From Alphaproteobacteria bacterium (GTDB lineage Bacteria; Pseudomonadota; Alphaproteobacteria; SP197), in the NCBI GenBank assembly GCA_965228895.1, contig OZ245842.1, positions 5,280,001 through 5,344,000 of the forward strand: a DNA stretch of 64,000 nucleotides, read 5' to 3'. Positions 45,788 through 55,264 of the stretch are shown here, in pieces. The notes under the pieces were generated by a model. That model searched no databases. It saw only the letters and a list, made by a program, of their open reading frames with translations, and was not told the origin of the DNA. The number at the start of each line of letters is the position of its first letter. Position 1 is the stretch's first letter. Both the position numbers and the translations under genes were made by a program.

Positions 45788-48228
45788 GCACGCCACCGAC
45801 ACAGGCCCGGGTCGTTATCATCGGCGGCGGCATCATCGGCTGTTCGACCGCCTATCATCTGGCGAAGAACGGTTGGACCGACGTTGTCCTTCTGGAACGC
45901 GCCAAGCTGACCAGCGGCTCGACCTGGCACGCGGCCGGGCTGGTCGGTCAGCTCAGGTCCAGCGCCAACATTACCCAACTCCTGAAATACAGCGTTGAAC
46001 TCTACGACACGCTTGAAGCAGAGACGGGCCAGGCCACCGGTTGGAAGATGAACGGCGGGTTGCGGCTCGCCTGCAACGCCGACCGGCTCATCGAAATCAA
46101 ACGCCAGGCGACCATGGCGCGCAGCTTCGGGCTGGAGATGCACCTGCTGTCGCCGGCGGAGGCCGCGGCCATGTGGCCGATCATGGACGCCTCTGACCTG
46201 GTCGGCGCGGCCTTCCTGCCGACCGACGGTCAGGCCAACCCGTCTGATACCGCCCAGGCATTGGCGCGCGGCGCGCGCAACGCGGGCGTCAGGATCGTCG
46301 AAGACTGTCCGGTCGACTCAATTCAGGTGAAAGACGGCCGCGTGACGGGCGTGACGACGCGCGAGGGCGCAATCGCCTGTGACGTCGTCGTCAACTGTGC
46401 GGGCCAATGGGCGCGCGATGTCGGCCGGCTCGCCGGGGTCAACGTGCCGCTGTGTTCCATGCAGCACCAGTACATGATCACCGAAAAAGTCGAGGGCGTG
46501 GCGCCCGATATGCCGACGCTGCGCGATCCCGACCGCCTGATCTATTTCAAGGAAGATGTCGGCGGCCTCGTCATGGGCGGCTACGAGTTCAATCCCAAAC
46601 CATGGGCCGAGGACGGCATTCCCGACGGCTTCGAGTTTTCGTTGTTGGATAGCGATTGGGGTCACTTCGGCCAGCTCATGGAACAGGCGCTGGCGCGCGT
46701 GCCGGCGCTCGGCAAGGCCGGCGTCAAGCAACTCTTGAACGGGCCGGAGAGTTTTACGCCGGACGGCAACTTCATTCTGGGCGAATCGCCGGAGGTCGGC
46801 GGCTTCTTCGTCGGCGCCGGCTTTAACGCCTTCGGCATTGCTAGCGCTGGCGGTGCCGGGCGGGCGCTGGCCGAATGGATCGTCGGCGGCGCCGCGCCAA
46901 TGGATCTGGGCGCGGTCGATATCCTGCGCTTCGGGCCGCCCCACCACGACATCGACTGGGTGCGCGCCCGCACGGTCGAGGCGTGCGCCAAGCATTACAC
47001 GATGGGTTGGCCGCACGAGGAGGCAAGCGCCGGGCGGCCGAACCGTGTCTCGCCGCTCTATGACCGTCTGAAGGACGCGGGCGCGTGCTTTGGCTCGAAG
47101 CTCGGTTGGGAACGGCCCAATTGGTTCGCCGAACCCGGTGAGAAACCCGAAGACGTCTATTCGTTCGGCCGGCAAAACTGGTTCGACGCGGTCGGTGCCG
47201 AACACCAGGCCTGCCGTGAAGCGGCCGCGTTGTTCGATGCCTCGTCGTTCGCCAAGTTCCTGGTGACCGGCCCGGATGCGGAACGCGCGCTCGGCTGGAT
47301 CTGCAGCAACGATGTCTCGGGTCCGCCGGGCAAGGTGACGTACACCCAGATGCTCAACGACCACGGCGGCATCGAATGCGATCTGACCGTCAGCCGACTT
47401 GACGAATCGACCTACTACATCGTGACCGGCACCGGGTTCGCGACCCACGATGCCGACTGGATCCGCCGCAACATCCCCGACGATGCCGATGCGGCACTGA
47501 CGGAAATCACCGACGACATGGCCGTCCTGACGTTGATGGGCCCCAAGGCGCGCGACGTGCTGGGCGCGGTCACCGAGAGCGACCTCGGCAACGAGGCCTT
47601 CCCGTTCGGCCGCTGCCAGGAGATCACGATCGTAGGCCGCGTGGTGCGCGCCATCCGCGTCACCTATGTCGGCGAACTCGGCTGGGAACTGCACATGCCG
47701 GTCGAAGCCGCGCCGGAGGTGTTCGACGCGCTGGTCGCGGCAGGTGAGCCTCACGGTCTGCGCCTTGCCGGGTACCGCGCGATCGAGAGCCTGCGCCTGG
47801 AGAAAGGTTATCGCGCCTGGGGCAGCGATATCGGCCCGGACTATACGCCGGTCGAGGCGGGCATGACCTGGGCGATCAAACTCAAGAGCAACACGGACTT
47901 CCGAGGCCGCGATGCGGTCACGCGCCAGGCCGAGAACGGCATCGCTAAACGGCTCGCCTGCTTCACCGTCGATGACCCGGATATCGTGCTGCTGGGCCGC
48001 GAGACCATCTATCGCAACGGCGAGCGCGTCGGCTGGCTCTCCAGTGGCGGGTGGGGGCACACGGTCGGCACCAATATCGGCTACGGCTACGTGCGCAACG
48101 CGGACGGTGTTGACAAGGCGTTCCTGGAAACTGGCGACTATCAGCTTGAAGTCGCGACCGAGATGGTGCCGGCCAAACTGCACATGGCCGCACTCTACGA
48201 CCCCAAGAACACCCGGGTTAAGGGCTGA
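45784..48228 (+). CDS. FAD-dependent GcvT-family amine dehydrogenase (dimethylglycine/sarcosine dehydrogenase-like)
   Basis: IIGGGIIG, SGSTWHAAG, NGPESFTPD, GWERPNWF, TYVGELGWEL, SLRLEKGY; ATG overlaps kinase stop. Confidence 0.92.
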   Translation: MSTPPTQARVVIIGGGIIGCSTAYHLAKNGWTDVVLLERAKLTSGSTWHAAGLVGQLRSSANITQLLKYSVELYDTLEAETGQATGWKMNGGLRLACNADRLIEIKRQATMARSFGLEMHLLSPAEAAAMWPIMDASDLVGAAFLPTDGQANPSDTAQALARGARNAGVRIVEDCPVDSIQVKDGRVTGVTTREGAIACDVVVNCAGQWARDVGRLAGVNVPLCSMQHQYMITEKVEGVAPDMPTLRDPDRLIYFKEDVGGLVMGGYEFNPKPWAEDGIPDGFEFSLLDSDWGHFGQLMEQALARVPALGKAGVKQLLNGPESFTPDGNFILGESPEVGGFFVGAGFNAFGIASAGGAGRALAEWIVGGAAPMDLGAVDILRFGPPHHDIDWVRARTVEACAKHYTMGWPHEEASAGRPNRVSPLYDRLKDAGACFGSKLGWERPNWFAEPGEKPEDVYSFGRQNWFDAVGAEHQACREAAALFDASSFAKFLVTGPDAERALGWICSNDVSGPPGKVTYTQMLNDHGGIECDLTVSRLDESTYYIVTGTGFATHDADWIRRNIPDDADAALTEITDDMAVLTLMGPKARDVLGAVTESDLGNEAFPFGRCQEITIVGRVVRAIRVTYVGELGWELHMPVEAAPEVFDALVAAGEPHGLRLAGYRAIESLRLEKGYRAWGSDIGPDYTPVEAGMTWAIKLKSNTDFRGRDAVTRQAENGIAKRLACFTVDDPDIVLLGRETIYRNGERVGWLSSGGWGHTVGTNIGYGYVRNADGVDKAFLETGDYQLEVATEMVPAKLHMAALYDPKNTRVKG

Positions 48229-48236
48229 CCCCGCAG

Positions 48237-49067
48237 CTAACGGTCCGCGGATTTGCCGGTTGAAAGATCGCCTCTGAGCGAGCGGATCTCTTCGCGTAAT
48301 GTGCTGATGTCATGGCGCAACTGCTCGCGTTCGGCATGCGCCTGGTCTTCGGCCTCGCGCGCCATCACGTCCTGTTCCTCCAGATGCAGCCGCTGCATGG
48401 AGTCGACGATGACGGCGATAAAGAGGTTCAGGACCGTGAAGCTGGCAATCAGGATGAACGAGACGAAGAACGCCCAGGCCCAGGGATAGACCTCCATCAC
48501 GGGCCTGACGATGCCCATCGACCAGCTTTCCAGCGTCATGATCTGGAACAGCGAATACATCGACCGGCCGATGGTGCCGAACCAGGCGTCGAACTCGCCG
48601 CCGAAGAGTTTCGTCGCCATCACCGCGAAGACATAGAACAGCAGCATCATGAGAAGCGCGATCGAACCCATGCCGGGTATCGCGCGCAACAGCGTCTCGA
48701 CCACCCGGCGCAGCCGGGGCATGGTCGAAACCAGACGCAGCACCCGCAGGACGCGGAGCGCGCGTAAGACGGAAAAGGCGCCGCTTTCGGGCATCAACGC
48801 GACACCGACGATGATCGTATCGAACAGGCTCCAGGGATCGCGCCAGAACGCCTTGCCGTGGGCGATCATGCGTAGCGCGAGTTCGACGACGAAGACGGCC
48901 AGGATGATCTCATCGAGGGCGTAGATCAGACCGCCCCAATGGGTCATGACGGTCGGTACCGTCTCAAGACCCAGCAACACCGCGTTCAGCACGATGATGC
49001 CGGTGATGCCGCCCGTGAAATAGGGGTGGTCGACCAGGCCGGCCACCCGAAGTCGCCATGATGTCAT
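48237..49067 (-). CDS. Bacterial voltage-gated sodium channel (BacNav/NaChBac family)
   Basis: S4 RALRVLRVLR, filter TLESWSMG, VRP, LNLFIAVIVDSM, C-terminal coiled coil. Confidence 0.93.
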   Translation of the reverse strand: MTSWRLRVAGLVDHPYFTGGITGIIVLNAVLLGLETVPTVMTHWGGLIYALDEIILAVFVVELALRMIAHGKAFWRDPWSLFDTIIVGVALMPESGAFSVLRALRVLRVLRLVSTMPRLRRVVETLLRAIPGMGSIALLMMLLFYVFAVMATKLFGGEFDAWFGTIGRSMYSLFQIMTLESWSMGIVRPVMEVYPWAWAFFVSFILIASFTVLNLFIAVIVDSMQRLHLEEQDVMAREAEDQAHAEREQLRHDISTLREEIRSLRGDLSTGKSADR

Positions 49068-49151
49068 GCGGGCTGTACTCTCGTCGGGATCACGCTTGCC
49101 TAGCTATATGTGAAGTGGGCCAAGCCTTTGAAGAGGTTTGGCCGGCGTGTC

Positions 49152-49961
49152 CTACCGGTTTTTGACATGGGTGCCCAAGAAGTCGATGACGGCCATCGCC
49201 GCGCCGTGATCATAGAGGTCGTTATGGTTGCCGTTGGGCGCCTGCCAGTAGGTCTTGGGCTCTGCGGCGGCATCAAACAGCTCTCGGCCGAGCTTGGCCG
49301 GGACCACGCCGTCATCGTCGCCATGCAGGATCAACAGCGGCGCATCGATCCGGCCGATGCGATCTTCCGAATCATAGCGGTCCAGCACCAGCCATCGGGC
49401 CATCGGGACATACCAGTAGTGGGTCGCCGCAACATCGGCGATCGAGGTGAACGGCGCCTCCAGAACCACGGCGGCGACCGGATGGCGCACCGCCATCTCA
49501 ACGGCGACCGCCGTGCCCAGGGATTCGCCATAGGCAATGACCTCTTCTGGTGCGACGCCGCGCTCGGCCAGGTAGGCAAAACCCGCATCGGCGTCCAGGT
49601 AAAGGCCCTCCTCGGTCGGTTTGCCGGGATTGCCACCGAACCCCCGGTACTCGACCAGCAGCAGGCCGTAGCCGGCTTCCGCCAGTTCGGCGAGCTTGCC
49701 CGTGCGATGGCCAATATGGCCGGCATTGCCGTGGGTAACGACAAAGGTCTGATGGCCATCGGATGCCGGTAGATACCACGCCATGAGATCCAGGCCGTCA
49801 TCGGTTGTCAGCACCACCTCTTCAAATCCGGCGATCTGGGACAGGGTGAGGTCGGGCAGGTCGTCGCCGGGGTGGTACATCATGTGCCGCTGGGCGACGA
49901 ACATGCCGCCCACGAAAATCCCGTAGCCGGCAACGGCAGCGGCGGCTAGGCGCCAGGGCAT
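49152..49961 (-). CDS. Alpha/beta hydrolase (ABHD13-like) with N-terminal anchor
   Basis: HGNAG, EYRGFG, GESLG, HG.DD.VVP, HND. Confidence 0.9.
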   Translation of the reverse strand: MPWRLAAAAVAGYGIFVGGMFVAQRHMMYHPGDDLPDLTLSQIAGFEEVVLTTDDGLDLMAWYLPASDGHQTFVVTHGNAGHIGHRTGKLAELAEAGYGLLLVEYRGFGGNPGKPTEEGLYLDADAGFAYLAERGVAPEEVIAYGESLGTAVAVEMAVRHPVAAVVLEAPFTSIADVAATHYWYVPMARWLVLDRYDSEDRIGRIDAPLLILHGDDDGVVPAKLGRELFDAAAEPKTYWQAPNGNHNDLYDHGAAMAVIDFLGTHVKNR

Positions 49962-50007
49962 GGGCGTCTCATCGTCGGTTTCATCGGATTAGCGGGTTCC
50001 TTTCCGG

Positions 50008-50143
50008 CTAGAGCAGATCCCATTTTGATCGAATCGCTACGCGATGAGATCAAAATGGGATCTGCTCTCCTTCTTTGATATCGATCGGATTCACACGATG
50101 TGATCCAACCACCTTGATTGAATCACATCGTGATCCGATCTAG
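50008..50143. repeat. Double-hairpin intergenic repeat, family A copy 3 (diverged)
   Basis: CTAGAGCAGATC..ATCGCTACGCGAT..GATCTGCTCT + spacer + GATCGGATTCAC..GATCCGATCTAG. Confidence 0.75.
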
Positions 50144-50201
50144 AGCGGGCCGATATGTAGACGACCATGCATGGGATGTCAGGCAAAACAGGCAGTTAAC
50201 G

Positions 50202-50933
50202 TTGAACTGGGAAAATCCGGAAAACGGCCCTGACAAGGGCGATAAAGGGCGTCAACGCGGCCGCTGGTGGCCGTGGATCCTGCTCGGCCTTGGCGCCGGC
50301 GCGGTGGTCCTGGTCGCCGACACGGTGGCTGGTCAGGACGCGCTCAGACTGGTCTATCTGGGATTGCTTCTGGTGTTTGTCGGCGCCGGCGCCTGGTGGG
50401 CCTTTATGCGCGGGAACCTCTCGCGCAGCCTGCGCCATGCGGCCGTATGGACAGCCATTGGTCTGGTTCTGGCCGTTGGCTACAGCCTCCGTGATCAGGT
50501 GCAGTTCATCACCGACCGGGTCATTGCCGACCACGTCCCAGGCTACGGTTTCGACGCCGACGACAACCAAGTCAGTTTCCGCTTGGGGCCCGATGGGCAC
50601 TTCCATGTCACTGCCCTGGTCGACGGCGTGGAGGTCCTGTTCCTTGTCGATACCGGCGCCAGCAATGTCGTCCTGACGGAAGATGACGCCCGGCGCCTGG
50701 GCTTCGATCCGGCTCGTCTCAACTACAGCCAAGTCTTCAGCACCGCCAACGGGCTCGTCCGTGGTGCGCCCGTCCGTCTTGACCGCGTCACTATCGGTCC
50801 GGTGTCGGTGACGAACGTGCAGGCGTCGGTCAACGAGGTGTCGATGGACCGCTCCCTGCTCGGCATGTCGTTCCTGAGCCGTATCGGCGGTTATCAAGTG
50901 CGCGGTGAGGTGCTGACGCTGATGGCGCGGTAG
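50202..50933 (+). CDS. TIGR02281-type clan AA (retropepsin-like) membrane aspartic protease
   Basis: DGHF, FLVDTGAS, TANG, SLLGMSFL after three TM segments; start uncertain (the track start at 50118 lies in the repeat). Confidence 0.88.
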   Translation: MNWENPENGPDKGDKGRQRGRWWPWILLGLGAGAVVLVADTVAGQDALRLVYLGLLLVFVGAGAWWAFMRGNLSRSLRHAAVWTAIGLVLAVGYSLRDQVQFITDRVIADHVPGYGFDADDNQVSFRLGPDGHFHVTALVDGVEVLFLVDTGASNVVLTEDDARRLGFDPARLNYSQVFSTANGLVRGAPVRLDRVTIGPVSVTNVQASVNEVSMDRSLLGMSFLSRIGGYQVRGEVLTLMAR

Positions 50934-50977
50934 CGTTTACGGCTTTGTTGGCCGGCGCCGATTGGCTACGCTCCAGA

Positions 50978-51015
50978 CAAAGAAAGGGCCCGGCTGTTGC
51001 CCGCCGGGCCCTTCG
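50978..51015 (-). terminator. Rho-independent terminator after yccA-like gene
   Basis: AAGGGCCCGGC/GCCGGGCCCTT stem, TCTTT on the minus strand. Confidence 0.75.
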
Positions 51016-51034
51016 ATCCTGTTGGCGACAAGCC

Positions 51035-51790
51035 TTAACGGTTGTTGCCCAGAAGCTGCATCAGCATGATGAACAGGTTGATGAAGTCGAGATAGAGGCG
51101 CAAGGCGCCGTGGACGGCGGTCTTGGTCGTCATCTCGCTGTCCATGCTCGCGCTGTAGGTCTCCTTGATCCGCTGCGTGTCATAGGCCGTCAAGCCAACA
51201 AACACGATTACACCGACCGCGGAGATGATGAACTGGAGCATCGAACTCGCCAGGAAGATGTTCACCACCATCGCGATGATGATGCCGATCAGGCCCATGA
51301 ACAGGAACGAGCCCCATGCCGCCAGCGACCGCTTCGTCGTGTAGCCATAAAGGCTCATCGCGCCGAAGGTCGCCGCGGTGATGAAGAACACCCGCGCGAT
51401 GCTCTCGGTCGTAAAGGCGATGAAGATGGTCGATAGCGACACACCCATTAGCGCCGCGAAAGCCCAGAAGACCATCTGTGCCGACGCTGCCGACATCTTG
51501 TGAATGCGGAACGAGAAGTAGAACACCAAAGCCAGCGGCGCCAGCATGACAACCCACTGAAGCGGACTGCCGAACAGGGTCGCGCCAAACGACGTCAGCC
51601 CGACGATTTCGCCGGACGAACCCGTGACTACGGACATCTGCGCCACCAGATAGGCCAGCACGCCCGTGATAACGAGGCCGCTGCCCATATAGTTGTAGAC
51701 GCGCAGCATGTAGGCGCGCAGACCCTCATCGTAGGCGGCGGTGGTCTGTGTACGGGCCGCAGTGCGCGGATTTGAGCTGCCAAAGGCCAT
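51035..51790 (-). CDS. Bax inhibitor-1/YccA family membrane protein
   Basis: DEGLRAYMLRVYNYM, LYGYTTKR, GLTAYDTQRIK, GALRLYLDFINLF. Confidence 0.95.
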   Translation of the reverse strand: MAFGSSNPRTAARTQTTAAYDEGLRAYMLRVYNYMGSGLVITGVLAYLVAQMSVVTGSSGEIVGLTSFGATLFGSPLQWVVMLAPLALVFYFSFRIHKMSAASAQMVFWAFAALMGVSLSTIFIAFTTESIARVFFITAATFGAMSLYGYTTKRSLAAWGSFLFMGLIGIIIAMVVNIFLASSMLQFIISAVGVIVFVGLTAYDTQRIKETYSASMDSEMTTKTAVHGALRLYLDFINLFIMLMQLLGNNR

Positions 51791-51919
51791 ATTTGGTTCC
51801 CTCTAGGTAGAACTCATGCGGAACGGTAAGCACATCACCGTACCATTCCATGGATATTTGGGGAACCTGAGAGGCGGAATCAAGCGTTCAAGACCCGTCC
51901 AAATCTAGGGTTTTTCGTC

Positions 51920-54439
51920 CTATTCGCTGCGCAGAACCGGGGCCGCCTTGTGTTTCAGGGCCCGCCACGTCGCCCAATAGCCGAAAACCAGGGTGACCAG
52001 GACCGCGATGGCGGCGGTGCCCAGGATCAAAACCGGCTGAAACGACCAGGGCGCCTGGATGACGAAGCTGGTCACGATCCAGCCGATCAGCGTGCCGGCA
52101 CACGCCGCCAGGAGCGCCGTGGCGGTGCCCAGCAGCAGGTGTTCCAGCAGGTAGGCGCGGAACAACTGGCGTCGGGTCGCGCCCAGGACCTTCAGGACCA
52201 CGGCGTCGTAGACCCGGCGGCGTTGCGCGGCGGCGACGGATTCGGCGAGCACGAGCAGGCCCGCGGCCAGGGCCAGCGCGCCGATGCCGCCGACCGCCGC
52301 GTCGATCTTGCGCAGGATCGCGATGACGTCGGTCAGCACGTCGCGCACGCCGATCGCCGACACGTTGGGCAGGGTGTCGGCGATCTCCGCGCGCAGGCCC
52401 GTTTCGGACTCGCGGTCGGCGTGGACTGTCGCGATGAAGGTGTGGGGCGCGGTTTCCAGCAGGCCCGGCGCGAAGACGAGCGTGAAGTTGATGCCCATGG
52501 TCGACCAGTCGACGTCGCGCAGGTTGGCGACGGTCGCGGTGATGTCGCGGCCCATGACGTTGACGGTCAGCGTGTCGCCGACGCCGATGCCGAAGCCCCG
52601 GGCAATGTCGGTTTCGAAGGACAGCAGCGGCGGACCGGTGTAGTCGGCGGGCCACCACTCGCCGGCGACGACCTCGGCATTATCGGGCATCTTAGACGCA
52701 TAGGTGACGCCACGGTCGCCTTCAATGGCCCAGCGCGAATGCGGCTCGATCACTGCCTCGGTGACCGACACGCCGTCGATCGCGGTGATGCGTCCGCGCA
52801 GGCTCGGCACCCGCTCGACCGCGTGGACGCCGTGTGTATCGGCAAGGATGGTATCGAAGGTCGCGACCTGATCGGGCTGGATATCGACAAAGAAGAAAGA
52901 AGGCGCATCGGCCGGCAGATTGTCGCCGATCTCCTCGATCAGGTTGCCCTGGACGGAGACGATGGCGATCAGCACCGTGAGGCCGATACCGAGCGCGACC
53001 ACCACCGATCCGGTCGCCGCCCCGGGGCGCGTCAGGTTGGCAAGCGCCAGGCGAAGGCCTGGACGCTTTGGTCTTCCCACGCGCCGGATCAGCCGGGTGA
53101 AGCCGGCGCTGGCGACGCGGAACAGAAGAAGCGTTGCGGCGGCGCCGACGACAAAGCCTGCCGCCAGATAACGATCGGGCGACGAGAAGATCGTGAGCAG
53201 CGCCAGTGCCGCGATGATCGCACCGGCGATGGCGATCGTCTTGAGCCCCGGCCGCTGTGCGGCCCGGCGCGACACCTGATCGCGGAACAGGGCGGCGGCC
53301 GGTACGAGCCGTGCGCGCGCGAGCGGCCAGATGGCGAAAGCCAGCGCGGTCAAAATGCCATAAGCCGCGGCGACGCCCAGCGGCTGCAGATGAAGCGATG
53401 GTTCGACCGGTACCGGCAGCGCGCCCGCCACAGCCCAGCCGACCACGCCGGGCAGAATCGCGCCGGCGACCAGGCCGATCGCCGTGCCGGCGGTCGCGAC
53501 CGCGGCAATTTCGATCAGATAGGTACGGAAGATCAGCTTGGCCGGCGCGCCGAGGGATTTCAGGATGGCGATCGTCGGCACCTTGCCGCCCAGATAGGCG
53601 TTGACGGCGCTGGCGACGCCGATGCCGCCGATCAGGAGCGCGGTCAGACCGACCAGCGAGATAAAGAGGCGCAGGCGTTCCAGGAAACGTGCGAGTTGCG
53701 GGTTGGCGTTTTCGTAACTTCGGACCCGCCAGGCGGCGAGTGGGAAGGCTTCCTCCAAATCGTCCAGAAAGACCTCGGTGTCGACGTCTTCAGCCAGCTT
53801 CAGCCGGGTGTCGTAGCGGATCATGCTGCCGGGTTGGACGAGTGCTGATCCGTCGAGCGCGTCGATGGCGACGATCAGCCGCGGGCCCAGTTGGAAGGTC
53901 GAGCTGGCGAGGTCCGGCTCGCTGGCGATGACCCCGCGCAGCTCGAACTCCGCTTCGCCCAGGCGGAACCGGTCGCCCGGGTCGATGCCGAGCCGCAGCA
54001 AGAACTCCTCGACAGCGACCGCACCCCAGATGCCGTCGCGTTCGGCCAGTGCCTCGTCGAGAGCGCCACCGTCTTCCAGTCCGAAACTACCGTAGAGCGG
54101 ATAGGCGTCGCCGACTGCCTTGAGGCTGACCAGAAGCGGCTCGCGCCCGTCGGCCTGGGCCATGGCGTTCATGTCGTAGGTGCGGGTGATCTCCGCACGA
54201 TCCGCAAGCCAGTCAACCTGCTCGTCGCTTGGCACCATCATGGTCGTGCGCAAGGTGACGTCGGCGCCCAGAATGACCCGGCCGTTGTCCTTCAAGCCGT
54301 CGACGATGGCCGCGCCGAAGGAGCCGACGCCGGCAATGGTCGCGACGCCAAGCGCCAGACAGGCAAGCGCCAGGCGGAACGCCTTCAGGCTGCCGCGCAG
54401 GTCGCGGCGGGCGAGTTTGAGGCTAAGCGCGGTTAGCAT
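51920..54439 (-). CDS. ybbP: YbbP-like FtsX-family ABC permease
   Basis: LARRDLRG, LKAV..YPLYG, IAILKSLGA, APSFFFVDIQPDQ, LKVLGATR. Confidence 0.88.
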   Translation of the reverse strand: MLTALSLKLARRDLRGSLKAFRLALACLALGVATIAGVGSFGAAIVDGLKDNGRVILGADVTLRTTMMVPSDEQVDWLADRAEITRTYDMNAMAQADGREPLLVSLKAVGDAYPLYGSFGLEDGGALDEALAERDGIWGAVAVEEFLLRLGIDPGDRFRLGEAEFELRGVIASEPDLASSTFQLGPRLIVAIDALDGSALVQPGSMIRYDTRLKLAEDVDTEVFLDDLEEAFPLAAWRVRSYENANPQLARFLERLRLFISLVGLTALLIGGIGVASAVNAYLGGKVPTIAILKSLGAPAKLIFRTYLIEIAAVATAGTAIGLVAGAILPGVVGWAVAGALPVPVEPSLHLQPLGVAAAYGILTALAFAIWPLARARLVPAAALFRDQVSRRAAQRPGLKTIAIAGAIIAALALLTIFSSPDRYLAAGFVVGAAATLLLFRVASAGFTRLIRRVGRPKRPGLRLALANLTRPGAATGSVVVALGIGLTVLIAIVSVQGNLIEEIGDNLPADAPSFFFVDIQPDQVATFDTILADTHGVHAVERVPSLRGRITAIDGVSVTEAVIEPHSRWAIEGDRGVTYASKMPDNAEVVAGEWWPADYTGPPLLSFETDIARGFGIGVGDTLTVNVMGRDITATVANLRDVDWSTMGINFTLVFAPGLLETAPHTFIATVHADRESETGLRAEIADTLPNVSAIGVRDVLTDVIAILRKIDAAVGGIGALALAAGLLVLAESVAAAQRRRVYDAVVLKVLGATRRQLFRAYLLEHLLLGTATALLAACAGTLIGWIVTSFVIQAPWSFQPVLILGTAAIAVLVTLVFGYWATWRALKHKAAPVLRSE

Positions 54440-54452
54440 TTAGCTGACATCA

Positions 54453-54520
54453 CCGGCCCACACCCCCGCCCGACCGCCCCGGGATGATGCCATGGGTGGT
54501 CGGGTGGGGGCGTGGGCTGG
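54453..54520. repeat. GC-rich palindromic repeat, family B copy 1
   Basis: CCGGCCCACACCCCCGCCCGACCGCCC..GGGTGGTCGGGTGGGGGCGTGGGCTGG; close to the reverse complement of 56510-56578. Confidence 0.8.
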
Positions 54521-54556
54521 CGCGGCTGCACGCGCGAGCGTATTGCGACAACTCCG

Positions 54557-55264
54557 TCACGCGGCGACGTCACCGTCCAGGCGGCCGTCGCGCATATGGA
54601 CCGTCCGGTCGCAGCGTGCGGCGAGCGCCTCGTTATGGGTGATCAAGATCAGGCTGGCGCCGGCCTCCTGGGCGTGGCTGAACAGCAGTTCAACCACTTC
54701 GTCACCGGTCGTCGTGTCCAGATTGCCGGTCGGCTCGTCGGCCAGCAGCAGACCGGGTTCGCCGATCATGGCGCGGGCCAGCGCGACGCGCTGCTGCTCG
54801 CCGCCGGAAAGCTGGGCCGGGAAATGCTCGACCCGCGCGTCGAGCCCAACCTCGCTCAAGCCTGCCCGAGCGCGATCGAACGCATCGCCCGCGCCAGCCA
54901 GCTCCAGGGGCAGGGCGACGTTCTCCAATGCCGTCATGGTTGGGACGAGATGGAAGGCCTGAAAGACGATGCCGACGTGATCGCGACGAAAGGTGGCGAG
55001 GTCGTCCTCGTCCATGCCCGAAAGGTCCCGCCCGGCGACCTCGACCCGGCCCGACGTCGCCTGCTCCAGGCCGCCGATCACCGCCATCATGGTCGACTTG
55101 CCGGAGCCGGACGGGCCGACCACCGCCACATGTTCGCCATGGTCGACCTGAAGGCTGACGCCCCTCAAGATATTGACGATGCCCGCCGCGCTTCTCAAAT
55201 TAAGGTGGACGTCGTCGAGTGCGACGAGCGCGTTTTGTGGGGTTTCTGGGGTGGCTTCGGACAT
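54557..55264 (-). CDS. ybbA: YbbA-like ABC ATPase
   Basis: GPSGSGKST, FQAFHL, LSGGEQQRVALARA, ADEPTGNLD; divergent from tesA as in E. coli. Confidence 0.9.
   Translation of the reverse strand: MSEATPETPQNALVALDDVHLNLRSAAGIVNILRGVSLQVDHGEHVAVVGPSGSGKSTMMAVIGGLEQATSGRVEVAGRDLSGMDEDDLATFRRDHVGIVFQAFHLVPTMTALENVALPLELAGAGDAFDRARAGLSEVGLDARVEHFPAQLSGGEQQRVALARAMIGEPGLLLADEPTGNLDTTTGDEVVELLFSHAQEAGASLILITHNEALAARCDRTVHMRDGRLDGDVAA

Noticed and set aside
49946-49984. Short upstream ORF MKPTMRRPCPGA or frameshift at the start of the alpha/beta hydrolase
   Set aside because: The main ORF already has an intact membrane anchor from 49961; evidence too weak.
18215-53848. Long antisense or alternate-frame ORFs (e.g. 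18215-19609, 29753-31081, 43735-45183, 46318-48183, 51950-53848)
   Set aside because: Shadows of well-supported genes; expected in high-GC DNA; no recognisable motifs.
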